A stretch of DNA of 51,828 nucleotides. Origin: Archangium sp. (GTDB lineage Bacteria; Myxococcota; Myxococcia; Myxococcales; Myxococcaceae). Shown here piece by piece: positions 7,639 to 17,194 of the stretch. Position numbers and translations under genes: made by a program. The notes below the pieces were generated by a model that searched no databases, was not told the origin of the DNA, and saw only the letters and a list, made by a program, of their open reading frames with translations. The DNA lies in the NCBI GenBank assembly GCA_031367385.1, contig JANLPS010000012.1, positions 1 to 51,828 on the forward strand, read 5' to 3'. Each line of letters starts with the position of its first letter. Position 1 is the first letter of the stretch.

Positions 7639-9575
7639 TTCTTGGCAGGTTTGAAGACCACGCTCGACCCTGAGACCTTGCCCTCTTTGGGCATCGGCTC
7701 GACCCGGCCTTGCAGGCACTGGCCCAAGAAGCTCTCGACCCGGGCGTAGAAGTCGAGGCGGTTTTCCAACCGCGCGAAGTCGTCGGTCTCATCGGCGTAG
7801 GTCGCCACCGAAACCATCGCCCCCTTGGCAGAGAGCTGCTCGACCTCGGCCGTCGTCACGTGTGGGTCGTTGGCGCCGTGGGCGATGAGCAGCGGCGCCT
7901 TGAGCTTGTCGGCGAAGGCGAGGGGCGATGCCTTGGCCAACAGGTCTCTATCGGCCGGGTCGGTGGGTGAGCCCAGGCGCTTGAAGAGAGTCGCCTTCGC
8001 CAAGCCACCGCGCGTGATGGGAGCCGCCAGCCAGGTCGACATCGAGAGTGGACCGAACGCGTCAATGCCGCACGCGTAGAGCTCCGGGGTGGCCTCGAGC
8101 CCGGTGACCGCGGCATACCCTCCGTACCCCTGCCCCATGATCGCCACCCGCTTGGGGTCGATGGAGCCCTGCTCGATGGCCCACTTCACCGCGTCGGTCA
8201 GGTCGTCGTTCATCGCCAGCCCCAGCTGCCGATTGCCCAGCTGCATGAAGCGCTTGCCGCTGCCCGACGAGCCGCGAAAATTCACCTGCAACACCGCGTA
8301 GCCCCGGTTGGCGAGGAGCTGCACCTCGGGGCGAAAGCCCCAGCGATCTCTCGACCATGGCCCGTCGTGCACCAGCACCACCAGCGGTGATTTCTTGCCC
8401 TCGGCGTCGAGCGGCATGGTGAGAAACCCGGTGAGGGCCTGGCCGTCTCTGGCGTTGAAGGCGACCGGCATCGACGGGGCGACGGGCAGGTTCTCGAGCT
8501 TGCCGGTGCTGGTGAACAGCGGCGTGGGTATTCGGGTTTTGCCGCTGCGGTCGAGTAGCACGTACTTCGTCGGCCCAGTGTCTTGAACGAACGCGACGAC
8601 CCACTTTTGCTCGGCGGTGTCGGCGCTCACCACGCTGGGCTCTCCGGGGCCGAGCTTCTTGAGCGCGGTCTCCAGGTCGGCGGTGATGTTGTAGTCGAGT
8701 GACTTCCACTCCCGGTGGCCGGCGGTCTCGAAGGCGACGGCTTGAACGAGGTGCTTGCTCGGGTTGAGCAGCACCGCGACCGGGTCGCTCTTCTCGTTCT
8801 GGGCGAGCACGCGCTCGGTGCCAGACTTGAGGTTTTTCTCGATGAGGCGCGCGGTGTCTCCGCTGATGGTGGTGCTCAGCAGCAGGCCCTTGCTGTCGAA
8901 AGTGAAGTCGTACACCTGCAGCGACTCGTCGAGCCCGGCAGTGATGAACGGCCTCCAGGGCGCTTTGGCCCCTTCTCGAATTCGCACCTCGGTGCCGCCC
9001 TCGGCAATGGCCGCGACGGCTGCGCGAACGACGAAAGCGGGGTCGGCGAACCAGGCCTGCACGTCGCCGGGGTTGGTGGTGTCGAGCTCGGCGCCGCCGG
9101 TCTTCAAGTTGATTCGCCACACGTCCATCGACTTGCGATCTCGCTGGTTCATCGAGACCAGAATCGCGTCGGGGAAACGGGCGCTCGGCTCGAGGAGCTC
9201 GGCACGTACGCCTTGCCACGGGGTCAGGTCGCGAACGTTTTTGCTCGTGAAATCAACGAACAACACGTGACTGGTGTCGTCGGTGTCGGGGCTCTGGGTG
9301 ACGAGCACGCCTTGCGAATCGGGGCTGAATGAAAAGCCATCGTACCCGCGGGCGCTCGCTTGCGTGAGCTGTTGGTCTCCCGGGGTGCCGAGCGTGCGAA
9401 CCCAGACCTGCTTCACGTTCTTCGCATCAGGCGAGAGCCACGCGACCCGCTTGCCGTCGGGAGAGACCTTCGGCGAGACCCGTTCTTCACGGGCGAAGAG
9501 CACCTCGCGCGCGAGCAACGGCGGTATGCCTCCATCGATGCCCAGCGCGAACAGCATGAGCACGGCTGCGTTCAC
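7635..9575 (-). CDS. S9-family (prolyl oligopeptidase/acylaminoacyl peptidase) homolog, apparently catalytically degenerate
   Basis: SPDG propeller repeats; LANRGYAVLQVNFRGSSG, IDPKRVAIMG and HGAND motifs; nucleophile motif reads GQGYGG. Confidence 0.9.
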   Translation of the reverse strand: MNAAVLMLFALGIDGGIPPLLAREVLFAREERVSPKVSPDGKRVAWLSPDAKNVKQVWVRTLGTPGDQQLTQASARGYDGFSFSPDSQGVLVTQSPDTDDTSHVLFVDFTSKNVRDLTPWQGVRAELLEPSARFPDAILVSMNQRDRKSMDVWRINLKTGGAELDTTNPGDVQAWFADPAFVVRAAVAAIAEGGTEVRIREGAKAPWRPFITAGLDESLQVYDFTFDSKGLLLSTTISGDTARLIEKNLKSGTERVLAQNEKSDPVAVLLNPSKHLVQAVAFETAGHREWKSLDYNITADLETALKKLGPGEPSVVSADTAEQKWVVAFVQDTGPTKYVLLDRSGKTRIPTPLFTSTGKLENLPVAPSMPVAFNARDGQALTGFLTMPLDAEGKKSPLVVLVHDGPWSRDRWGFRPEVQLLANRGYAVLQVNFRGSSGSGKRFMQLGNRQLGLAMNDDLTDAVKWAIEQGSIDPKRVAIMGQGYGGYAAVTGLEATPELYACGIDAFGPLSMSTWLAAPITRGGLAKATLFKRLGSPTDPADRDLLAKASPLAFADKLKAPLLIAHGANDPHVTTAEVEQLSAKGAMVSVATYADETDDFARLENRLDFYARVESFLGQCLQGRVEPMPKEGKVSGSSVVFKPAKK

Positions 9576-10204
9576 GAGAGCGTCTCTTTCAAGAACGCGA
9601 CGGTGCGATGCCAGGCGACCGCGGCGTCTTTGGCCGAATACACCTCGGGCCGGGTATCGTTGAAGAACGCGTGATGCGCCTCGTAGCGGTGAAACGTGGT
9701 CGGTATTCGAGCGGCGAGCAGGCGCTGCTCGAGCGCATCGACCTGGGCCGGCTCGCAGTGCTCGTCGATGTTCGCGTAGTGACCGAGCACCTTGGCCTTG
9801 AAGTGCTCCAGCGGCACTTCAGGGCCGATGCCGTAGAAAGGCACGCACGCCGCGAAGGGGTACAGCGCCGCGGCGTTGATGGCGAACCCGCCGCCCATGC
9901 AAAACCCGACCACGCCGATTTTCTGAGGCTGCGCGCCCTCTTCTTCGAGCTCGGCCTTGGCGGCGCCGATCAGCTCGAGCGCCCGGGGCCTTTTCAGCTC
10001 GCCCATCAGACGGGCGCAGGCGGCGGTGTCGACCGCGATCTGCCCCTCGTACAAATCGACCGCGTAAACCGAGATGCCCTCGTGCACGAAGCGGTTGGCG
10101 ACGTTGGTGATGTGCGCATTGAGCCCCCACCACTCGTGAATCAACACGATGGCGGGAGCGCCGCGAGTTGCTGCGAGAAACATCGACCCGGGAGGTGACT
10201 CCAT
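9572..10204 (-). CDS. Dienelactone hydrolase family protein
   Basis: HEWWGLN, GFCMGG and HAFFN motifs. Confidence 0.9.
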   Translation of the reverse strand: MESPPGSMFLAATRGAPAIVLIHEWWGLNAHITNVANRFVHEGISVYAVDLYEGQIAVDTAACARLMGELKRPRALELIGAAKAELEEEGAQPQKIGVVGFCMGGGFAINAAALYPFAACVPFYGIGPEVPLEHFKAKVLGHYANIDEHCEPAQVDALEQRLLAARIPTTFHRYEAHHAFFNDTRPEVYSAKDAAVAWHRTVAFLKETLS

Positions 10205-10220
10205 GCGGGCCTTTTAGCGG

Positions 10221-11990
10221 TTATTTGCGCTCGTAGGCACCGACGTCGTACCCGGCGCCCTGCGGGCGGCTGGTGGTGATGTCGTAGTCGTTCGTCACCA
10301 CCCCCGAGACGGTGCTCGACCCGGTGTCGACCGCGGGGTTGGTGCCCAGGCTCAGGTGAAAATCGACACCTGGGGTGACGAATTTCGGGTCTCCGGCGAG
10401 GGGGGCGGCGTCGAAGTCGGGCGTGTCGACGCCTCCGTACCAGAGGTTCTTGGCGATGGTGCCGGAGGTCGCGTCGATGCCGTTCGCGCCGCCGTTGTAG
10501 TGCTGCCCGGTGTGCGGCCAGAAGATGTTGTTCTTGAGCTCCATCGAGGCGGCGGTGAGGGTCGAGTCGTTCATCACGGCGCCGTGCTGAGAGGCCTGCG
10601 AGAGCACCAGGTTGTAGAAGGTGTTGTTGAAGATCTTCGCGCCGACCAGGTCTTGGGTGTTGAAGCGAATGCCCGCGGCGTACGCGTTGAAGACGATGTT
10701 GTTGAAGATCTTGAACCCGTTGCGCGAGCCGTCAGCGACGTTGACGCCGTGCTTGCTCACGTCATGCACCCAGTTGTGGTGAAACGAGACGTCGTCGCAG
10801 AAGTCAGAGCCGTTGCCGCCGTTGACGTAGACCTGAAACCCATTGCCGCTGCGAATGTCGTGAATGTCGTTGTAGGCGATGTCGTAGCTGCCCTCTCCGT
10901 CGATGTAGATGCCGTGGCATTCTTGCGCGCTGCCTTGAATGTCGTGAATGTGGTTGCCGTACCAGACCGATTCGAAGCCGTTGCCGGTGATGCCCGCCAT
11001 CTTGGGCACGTTGGTGCCGCTGGTGTGCGCGGTCGACGCGGCGAGGTCGTTGTTGATGACCCGCCAGTGATCTCCGCCGATCTCCTGGCTGATCGGGCCG
11101 TCGTAGCCCTCGCAGTCCATTCGCAGGTTGGTGATGACGGCCCAGTCACCCGCGGTGGGGTAGGTCTGCCCGTTGATCGCCGAGACGCACCCGCCGACCA
11201 TGCCGTTGGCGTTGGTGCCGCGAATGAACACGTCTTCGCCGGGGTACCCCATCAGCACGATTGGCCCGCTGTTCGCGCTGCCCGTCGGGGCGGTGCCTGA
11301 CTTGTTGCGATACCGCATGAAGTAGTTCTCGAAGCCGATATCCGTCCACGGGGTGCCGTTGCCGCGCATCACGATGATGTCGCCCGGCTTGACCTGCGGC
11401 CAGGCGCCTCCGGTGTTGACGTCGGAGGTTTGAACGAAGCGATAGGGGTGCGCGATGTCGCCGATGACCGCGGTGCCATCGTTGCCGGCGACGTTGTCGA
11501 CGAACAGAACTCGGCCGGGGTTGACGGTGAAGGTCTGGTCGGTGTTCGAATTCACGCCGTTGACCTGCACTCGTATGGGCAAGGGCGTGCCGGGCGTGGG
11601 AGTGCCGAGGGCGCCGAGCTGAATGGTGATCTGTTGAATGTCTTTGCGGCCGCGTGAGGGGCCCAGTGAGCGGTACACCGCGGGCTCGACGTCGTTGATG
11701 AAGACCTTGGTCATGGTGCCCAGGCCGCCGGCGCCGAAGTTGATGCCGAAGATCGAGAGGTAGATGCCTTTGCCGCCTTCGCCGCCGGTCGTCGGGCCCG
11801 AGAGCAGGTCGGTGTAGAGCACCCGGGGCGCTCCGGAGGCCAGCGTGCCTGCGTCGGTGCGTGTCGCGCCCCCATCGGCAGTGCTCGCTCCTGCGTCGAC
11901 GGGCATGCCGGTGCCAGCATCGAGGGGGAGCTCAATCACTACCGGGGGACAGGCGCACAGCACCAGCACGGTGAGAAGCAGTCGCCGCAT
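10221..11990 (-). CDS. Lipoprotein with IPT/TIG-like and right-handed parallel beta-helix (pectin-lyase-like) domains
   Basis: Signal LVLCAC; N-x-I-H-D beta-helix repeats; C-terminal DFHL..PAVD..RPQG..YDVGAYE. Confidence 0.8.
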   Translation of the reverse strand: MRRLLLTVLVLCACPPVVIELPLDAGTGMPVDAGASTADGGATRTDAGTLASGAPRVLYTDLLSGPTTGGEGGKGIYLSIFGINFGAGGLGTMTKVFINDVEPAVYRSLGPSRGRKDIQQITIQLGALGTPTPGTPLPIRVQVNGVNSNTDQTFTVNPGRVLFVDNVAGNDGTAVIGDIAHPYRFVQTSDVNTGGAWPQVKPGDIIVMRGNGTPWTDIGFENYFMRYRNKSGTAPTGSANSGPIVLMGYPGEDVFIRGTNANGMVGGCVSAINGQTYPTAGDWAVITNLRMDCEGYDGPISQEIGGDHWRVINNDLAASTAHTSGTNVPKMAGITGNGFESVWYGNHIHDIQGSAQECHGIYIDGEGSYDIAYNDIHDIRSGNGFQVYVNGGNGSDFCDDVSFHHNWVHDVSKHGVNVADGSRNGFKIFNNIVFNAYAAGIRFNTQDLVGAKIFNNTFYNLVLSQASQHGAVMNDSTLTAASMELKNNIFWPHTGQHYNGGANGIDATSGTIAKNLWYGGVDTPDFDAAPLAGDPKFVTPGVDFHLSLGTNPAVDTGSSTVSGVVTNDYDITTSRPQGAGYDVGAYERK

Positions 11991-12008
11991 TGAACGCTCC
12001 TGGGAGGG

Positions 12009-12539
12009 CTACCAACGAATCGAGAAAGTCGCCCCGTTTGGGTCGAGCGACTTGAGGGTCACGACCGGGTCTTTGGCTCCGGCGATGCCGAGGCCTTCGG
12101 TGACCAGGCCACGGTACCACCCTGGGTACTTGACGCTGTTGCACCAGAGCTCGAATTCGGTCGGCCCCAGCTGCACCAGCTTGGTTTGGGAGTAGTTGTT
12201 GCCTGAGCGAAACTGCCGGCTGAGGCGCTCGAGCATGCGCTTGGGCCCGATGGCTCGCGCGAGAAAGACCGTGGCCTTGCCGATGGCCGTTTCGGTGTAC
12301 CCATGAACGAAGCGGCGACCGACGAGATAGACCCGGTCGTCTTCGGTGCCCTCGCTGCCCAGTGAGGCTGCGAGGTACTTGAGCACTTCGTGAAAGACCG
12401 GGAGTGGGTAGGCCGGGTGCAGGTCTTTGCTGAAGTCGATGCCGACGCGGCGCAGGTGCTCGGCACCGGAGTCGAGGGTGGGGCCGAAGGCGCGCGAGAG
12501 GCCGGTGAAGGTCGAGGCGAAGATGACCTGCTCGTCCAT
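12009..12539 (-). CDS. DUF2378 (TIGR02265) family protein, myxobacterial
   Basis: GIDF...PAYP, GRRFVHGY.ET.IG, GPKRML, FRSGNNY and terminal W pattern. Confidence 0.85.
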   Translation of the reverse strand: MDEQVIFASTFTGLSRAFGPTLDSGAEHLRRVGIDFSKDLHPAYPLPVFHEVLKYLAASLGSEGTEDDRVYLVGRRFVHGYTETAIGKATVFLARAIGPKRMLERLSRQFRSGNNYSQTKLVQLGPTEFELWCNSVKYPGWYRGLVTEGLGIAGAKDPVVTLKSLDPNGATFSIRW

Positions 12540-12554
12540 AGGGCGGAGCTTAGG

Positions 12555-12687
12555 CGTGGTTCGACGGGCTCACCATGAGAGTTGGGGGCTCACCCGTGGT
12601 TCGACAGGCTCACCATGAGAGGTGGAGGCTCACGTTGAGAGGTGGAGGCTCACGTTGAGAGGTGGGGGCTCACGCTGAGAGGTGGGC
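12555..12687. repeat. REP-like element with 20-bp tandem periodicity (GGCTCAC at 12567, 12587, 12607, 12627, 12647, 12667)
   Basis: Two copies of CGTGGTTCGAC(G/A)GGCTCACCATGAGA, then GGTGG(A/G)GGCTCACG(T/C)TGAGA x3; 28-bp exact match to the reverse complement of 37603-37630. Confidence 0.85.
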
Positions 12688-12693
12688 GGAGAA

Positions 12694-13584
12694 TCAGCCC
12701 AGCAGCGCCGCGCCGACCAGGCCTGCGTCGTCACCCAGCAGCGCCATCACCACCCGCACCGACTTGAGCGCCGCCGCGTTCGCGCGGTTCTGCACGATGC
12801 TCGTCACTCGCGTGATCATGCCCGGGCACTTCGAGAGCACGCCGCCACCCAGCACCACCACCGCCGGGTTGAGCACCGTCACTTGATTCGCGATCGCCAG
12901 GCCCAGGTTGTCGACGGCGAAGTCGTACAGCGCTCGCGCGCGTGGCAGGTCTCGTCGCGCGTGCTCCTCGAGGTCGGTCGCGTGCCCGCTCAGCCCGACC
13001 TCGTGCATCCACGCTTCGAGCCTGGCGCCGCCCATGTAGGCCTCGAGACACCCGAGCTGCCCGCACCCGCAGGGCCTCCCGCCCTCGAGCACCACCTTGA
13101 TGTGCCCGAACTCCCCCGCCACCCCGCTCGAGCCACCGACCAATCGCCCGTTCGAGATCAGCGCGCCGCCCACGCCGGTGCCGCAAAAGACCGTGAAGGT
13201 ATCGGTCGCCCCGCGCGCGCTGCCGCCCGAAAACTCGCCCCACGCCGCGGCCGAGAGGTCGTTGATCAGCTTCACCGCCCGGCCCGTGCGCTTCGCCATC
13301 ATCGCCCCGAAATCGACCTCATCGTGCCAGCCCAAGTTGGGCGCGTTGACCACCCGGCTGCCGTTGAGCATGCCTGCGAAGCCCACACCCACTGGCGCAT
13401 CGACCGGCACCGAGCGCTGCCCGGCCACGCGCTGAATCAGCGCTCCGACGACTTCGACGACCGCCTCAGGCGACCGGTCGACCAACGCCTCTTTCTCGGC
13501 GTGAATCAGCGTGCCCTTGGCCCGCTCGACGATGCCGGCGCGCGCGTTGGTGCCGCCGATGTCGACGCCCAACGCCAGCATCAC
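12694..13584 (-). CDS. ROK family sugar kinase (glucokinase-like)
   Basis: GVDIGGT, ND..AAA.GE, GTGVGG, GEFGH and CGCGQLGCLE motifs. Confidence 0.92.
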   Translation of the reverse strand: MMLALGVDIGGTNARAGIVERAKGTLIHAEKEALVDRSPEAVVEVVGALIQRVAGQRSVPVDAPVGVGFAGMLNGSRVVNAPNLGWHDEVDFGAMMAKRTGRAVKLINDLSAAAWGEFSGGSARGATDTFTVFCGTGVGGALISNGRLVGGSSGVAGEFGHIKVVLEGGRPCGCGQLGCLEAYMGGARLEAWMHEVGLSGHATDLEEHARRDLPRARALYDFAVDNLGLAIANQVTVLNPAVVVLGGGVLSKCPGMITRVTSIVQNRANAAALKSVRVVMALLGDDAGLVGAALLG

Positions 13585-14948
13585 CCACCGAGCTCTTTCT
13601 TCGCGTCGGCGATGGTGCCGTCAATCAACGCCCGAATCTCTTCGAGCCGCGGCTTGATCTTCGCTTCGTACCGAACCACCAGAATCGGAGTCGTATTCGA
13701 CGCGCGAATCAACCCCCACCCGTCGGGCCACACCACCCGCACCCCATCGACGTCGATGATCTCGAGCCCCTTGGCCCGCAGCATCTCGGTGCAGCGCTTG
13801 ACCAGCGCGAACTTCTTCTCTTCGACCGTGTCGAAGCGCAGCTCAGGGCTCGAGTACGTCACCGGCACGTCGGCCAGATGCGCGCTCAACGGCCTCGGGT
13901 CATTGCTGAGAATCTCGAGCAACCGCGCCGCCGTATACGGAGCGTCGTCGAAGCCGAAGAACCGGTGCTTGTAGAAGATGTGGCCGCTCATCTCTCCGGC
14001 GAGCATCGCGTGCTCTTCTTTCATCTTGGCCTTGATCAGCGAGTGCCCGGCCTTCCACATGATGCCGCGGCCGCCCTTGGCTTTGATGTCGTCGTACATG
14101 GTGAGGCTGCACTTCACCTCGCCGACGATGGTCGCGCCTGGCACGTCTTTCAAGACCGCGCGCGCCAGCAAGATCATCAACGTATCGCCCCACAAGATGC
14201 CGCCGTTCTCATCGACCACGCCGATGCGATCAGCGTCTCCGTCGTACGCGACGCCCAGGTCGGCCTTCTGCTTCTTCACCTCGGCGATCAGCAGCTCGAG
14301 GTTCTTGGCAACGGTCGGGTCGGCGTGGTGGTTGGGAAACCGGCCGTCGGGCTCACAGAACAACGGCACTACGTCGTACCCGAGCTTCTCGAGCATCGGC
14401 AGCGAGGTGATGCCGCCGACGCCATTGCCGGCGTCGACCACGACCTTCAGCCGTCGCGCGCCGCGGGTGACGGTCGAGTTGACGAAATGCAGGTACGGCG
14501 TGACCGCATCGAAGGTGCTGACAACACCGGTGCGGCCGGTCTCGAAATTGTTGGTCTCGATCAAGACGCGCAGCTCTTGAATCGTCTGCCCGTAGAAGGT
14601 CGTCTTGCCGACGCCCATCTTGAAGCCGTTGTACTCGGGTGGGTTGTGGCTGCCGGTGATCATCGCCAGGCCATCGACCGGCAAGGTGTTCGCCGCGTAG
14701 TAGACGACCGGGGTCGGCACCACGCCCACGTCGACCGCGTTCATGCCGGTCGAGATGACGCCCTTGATGAACAGATCGCGAAACCGCGGAGACGATTCAC
14801 GGGCGTCGCGGCCAACGACCACGGCCGAGCCGCCGGCGCGCTTGACCATGGTGGCCAGGCCCTTGCCGAGGTTCTCGACGACGCTGTCGGTGAGGTCGGT
14901 GCCGACCAGGCCCCGCACGTCGTACTCGCGAAAAATCTGAGGGTTCAT
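13581..14948 (-). CDS. algC: Phosphomannomutase/phosphoglucomutase
   Basis: IFREYDVRG, TGSHNP, DGDADR, GEMSGH and RASNT motifs. Confidence 0.93.
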   Translation of the reverse strand: MNPQIFREYDVRGLVGTDLTDSVVENLGKGLATMVKRAGGSAVVVGRDARESSPRFRDLFIKGVISTGMNAVDVGVVPTPVVYYAANTLPVDGLAMITGSHNPPEYNGFKMGVGKTTFYGQTIQELRVLIETNNFETGRTGVVSTFDAVTPYLHFVNSTVTRGARRLKVVVDAGNGVGGITSLPMLEKLGYDVVPLFCEPDGRFPNHHADPTVAKNLELLIAEVKKQKADLGVAYDGDADRIGVVDENGGILWGDTLMILLARAVLKDVPGATIVGEVKCSLTMYDDIKAKGGRGIMWKAGHSLIKAKMKEEHAMLAGEMSGHIFYKHRFFGFDDAPYTAARLLEILSNDPRPLSAHLADVPVTYSSPELRFDTVEEKKFALVKRCTEMLRAKGLEIIDVDGVRVVWPDGWGLIRASNTTPILVVRYEAKIKPRLEEIRALIDGTIADAKKELGG

Positions 14949-15006
14949 TGGCTTGGGTCAATACCACGTTGACCCCGGGGCGGCCCTGCTCAAGAAGTCA
15001 GTGTTT

Positions 15007-16110
15007 TCAACCGTGGTGCGGCCGATTCCAAATCGCGCCAGTGGTGGGAGCGGCCCAGGGTTTGGGCTGCAGCGCCGCGCCAGCGCCGATGTACAGCGGG
15101 AGCACCGCGCCATTGACCGGGCGAACCTTGAGTGCCGACTTGAGGGTCGGGTTGAGCAGCAACAAGTTGCTCAAGAGCCGCTTGTCGGACAGCTTCGAAA
15201 AATCTTCGGCCCCGGGCGATTCACGCGCAGCCTTGACGATCGCAGCCTCGATGTCGTCGCGCGTCGCACCTGGGGGCACAACGACCCCTGCTTCGGGCAT
15301 CGTCAGGAGCGCCCCTTCAGAGGTGCCGTTGAGCACGGCGTCGACCTCGGGGTTGGTGGCACGGGCCAGACCCAGCAGCTGCTCGTCTGACAACGCAGCC
15401 AGCTCGGGGCATTCTTCGCGGAGCATTTTGAGCAGCAGCTCAAGCATCTGCTCGCGGCTCGAGTGCGGCAACGGCATGAACCCGATGCGGTTGGTCTTGG
15501 GTGGCTTCTCGAAGAACGCGTACGGCGATTCTTCGGAGACCGGAGGATACGTGCCACCCGCCGCGGCACCGGTGCGATGCGCGAGGGGCTGGCCCTTGCG
15601 ACCGCTCATCGTGTCGACGCTCGGCACGTCGACCTGCGCGGTGCCGTGGTAGCTCGACATGATGTTGCGTACGTAGTTCTGCGTCTCACGAAACGGAGGA
15701 ATGCGGTTGCCGGCCTTCGCGACGTTGCCGGGCCCGGCGTTGTAGGCAGCCAGCGCGAGCTCGACGTTGCCTCCGAACTTCTGCAGCATGCCGGCGAGGT
15801 ACTTGGTGCCCCCTTCGATGCTCTGCGCGGGGTCCATCGGGTTCTTCACGCCGAGCTCACGGGCGGTGCCAGGCATCAGCTGCATCAGGCCCGCGGCTCC
15901 GGCCTTCGAATGCGCGGTGGGCTTGAAGCCCGATTCTTGATTGATGACGGCTTTGATCAACCGCGCCGGCACACCGTATTTTTCTGAGGCCTGGCGAATG
16001 AGCGGGTCGAACTCGGTGCTCTTGAAGCCTCCGAGGTCGTCGGGAGGCTTGACGCTGGAGGCTGCTGTCGTGCCCTGCGTCGCTTCTTTTGCACCAATTG
16101 GAGCCGTCAT
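15007..16110 (-). CDS. Lytic transglycosylase (SLT domain) with repeated C-terminal module
   Basis: QESGF, GAAGLMQLMP, AAYNAG and ETQNYV motifs; start chosen at MTAPIG (AAGG upstream). Confidence 0.88.
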   Translation of the reverse strand: MTAPIGAKEATQGTTAASSVKPPDDLGGFKSTEFDPLIRQASEKYGVPARLIKAVINQESGFKPTAHSKAGAAGLMQLMPGTARELGVKNPMDPAQSIEGGTKYLAGMLQKFGGNVELALAAYNAGPGNVAKAGNRIPPFRETQNYVRNIMSSYHGTAQVDVPSVDTMSGRKGQPLAHRTGAAAGGTYPPVSEESPYAFFEKPPKTNRIGFMPLPHSSREQMLELLLKMLREECPELAALSDEQLLGLARATNPEVDAVLNGTSEGALLTMPEAGVVVPPGATRDDIEAAIVKAARESPGAEDFSKLSDKRLLSNLLLLNPTLKSALKVRPVNGAVLPLYIGAGAALQPKPWAAPTTGAIWNRPHHG

Positions 16111-16309
16111 CGGTGCACCTTGCCTCAGGGAGACCCGGGATGCCACCCCTCGGGCAACACCAACACCGAGTCGCGCGCACGACCAAGTCGGTCATGCCGA
16201 CCAGCAGAAGGGATGCGCGCGGGGTACTGAGCACGAGCAGAAGAACAGACGGCACGGAGCGCGCCTTACCGGCTTGTGAATGACCTCGCGCTTGGGTTGA
16301 GTACGCACC

Positions 16310-17161
16310 ATGAGACCACTCCTGATCTGCGGTGCGATGCTGATGGCGTGCGGTGGCAGCAGCGGAGCCGGCACGGTCGACTCCGGCATGGTGGTCGCAG
16401 CTGATGCGGGAACGGTCGGCGACGCGGGAGTCACGCGATACTGCACCAAACCCACCAGCGGGACCTATGGCTTCACCCACTCCGTTGGCGGGAGCGCGCT
16501 CTATCTCATCGGCGCCGACGGGTGGTCGGTGAAAATCGGCAACCTCGTCGCGGGCCCGAGCGCAACGCCCATCTCGCTTGAAGCGGTCGGTCAGCAGGGC
16601 ACCTCGCTCGTCGGCACCGCTGGCAAATTCATGTACGACATACCCAAAACGGCGAATTCGGCGGGCCGAGTCGTCATCGAGCCGCGCAACAACTACGTCG
16701 CCAGCACCTCGTTGGCGACGCTCGACTACTTCGACCAGACGACCTTCGTTGCTTCACACGACCGAGACGTTATTTGCGGCACGTCGACGGGCGGCACATT
16801 CATTTTGGGCCTCGGCTCGACCCTGCCCTGCACCACCATCTCCGGCATTCACGGTACCTGCTCGCCTGCGACCAAGGGCAACTACGAAGTCAAAGCCGTG
16901 GTGAGCTGCAACGGTACCTCTCGCTACGTCGAGATGAACCAACTCAACATGGTGCCGATGCAAAACTTCATGAGCAACGAGATCACCGGCACCTTTCACG
17001 GGCTCACCAGCGACTCGCGCAGCACCGACGGCACCGGCAAAGTCTTCAGCATCGGCCGTGACGGAGCGACCAAGCTCCTCGACCTCAAGCTCTGCGTCGA
17101 CGAGTTTCTCGACAACTCGTTCAACGGCTCAACCATTTCGATCAGCGAAATCGTCGACTGA
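16310..17161 (+). CDS. Hypothetical lipoprotein
   Basis: Lipobox LMAC, DSG/DAG linker, Ser/Thr-rich beta-type body. Confidence 0.8.
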   Translation: MRPLLICGAMLMACGGSSGAGTVDSGMVVAADAGTVGDAGVTRYCTKPTSGTYGFTHSVGGSALYLIGADGWSVKIGNLVAGPSATPISLEAVGQQGTSLVGTAGKFMYDIPKTANSAGRVVIEPRNNYVASTSLATLDYFDQTTFVASHDRDVICGTSTGGTFILGLGSTLPCTTISGIHGTCSPATKGNYEVKAVVSCNGTSRYVEMNQLNMVPMQNFMSNEITGTFHGLTSDSRSTDGTGKVFSIGRDGATKLLDLKLCVDEFLDNSFNGSTISISEIVD

Positions 17162-17194
17162 GCGTTGAATCGCGAACCTTCGGGCCGCTCGGGC

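Noticed and set aside
12555..12687. Possible CRISPR array
   Set aside because: The 20-bp period leaves no unique spacers, and no cas genes are present; it is a REP-like/minisatellite repeat
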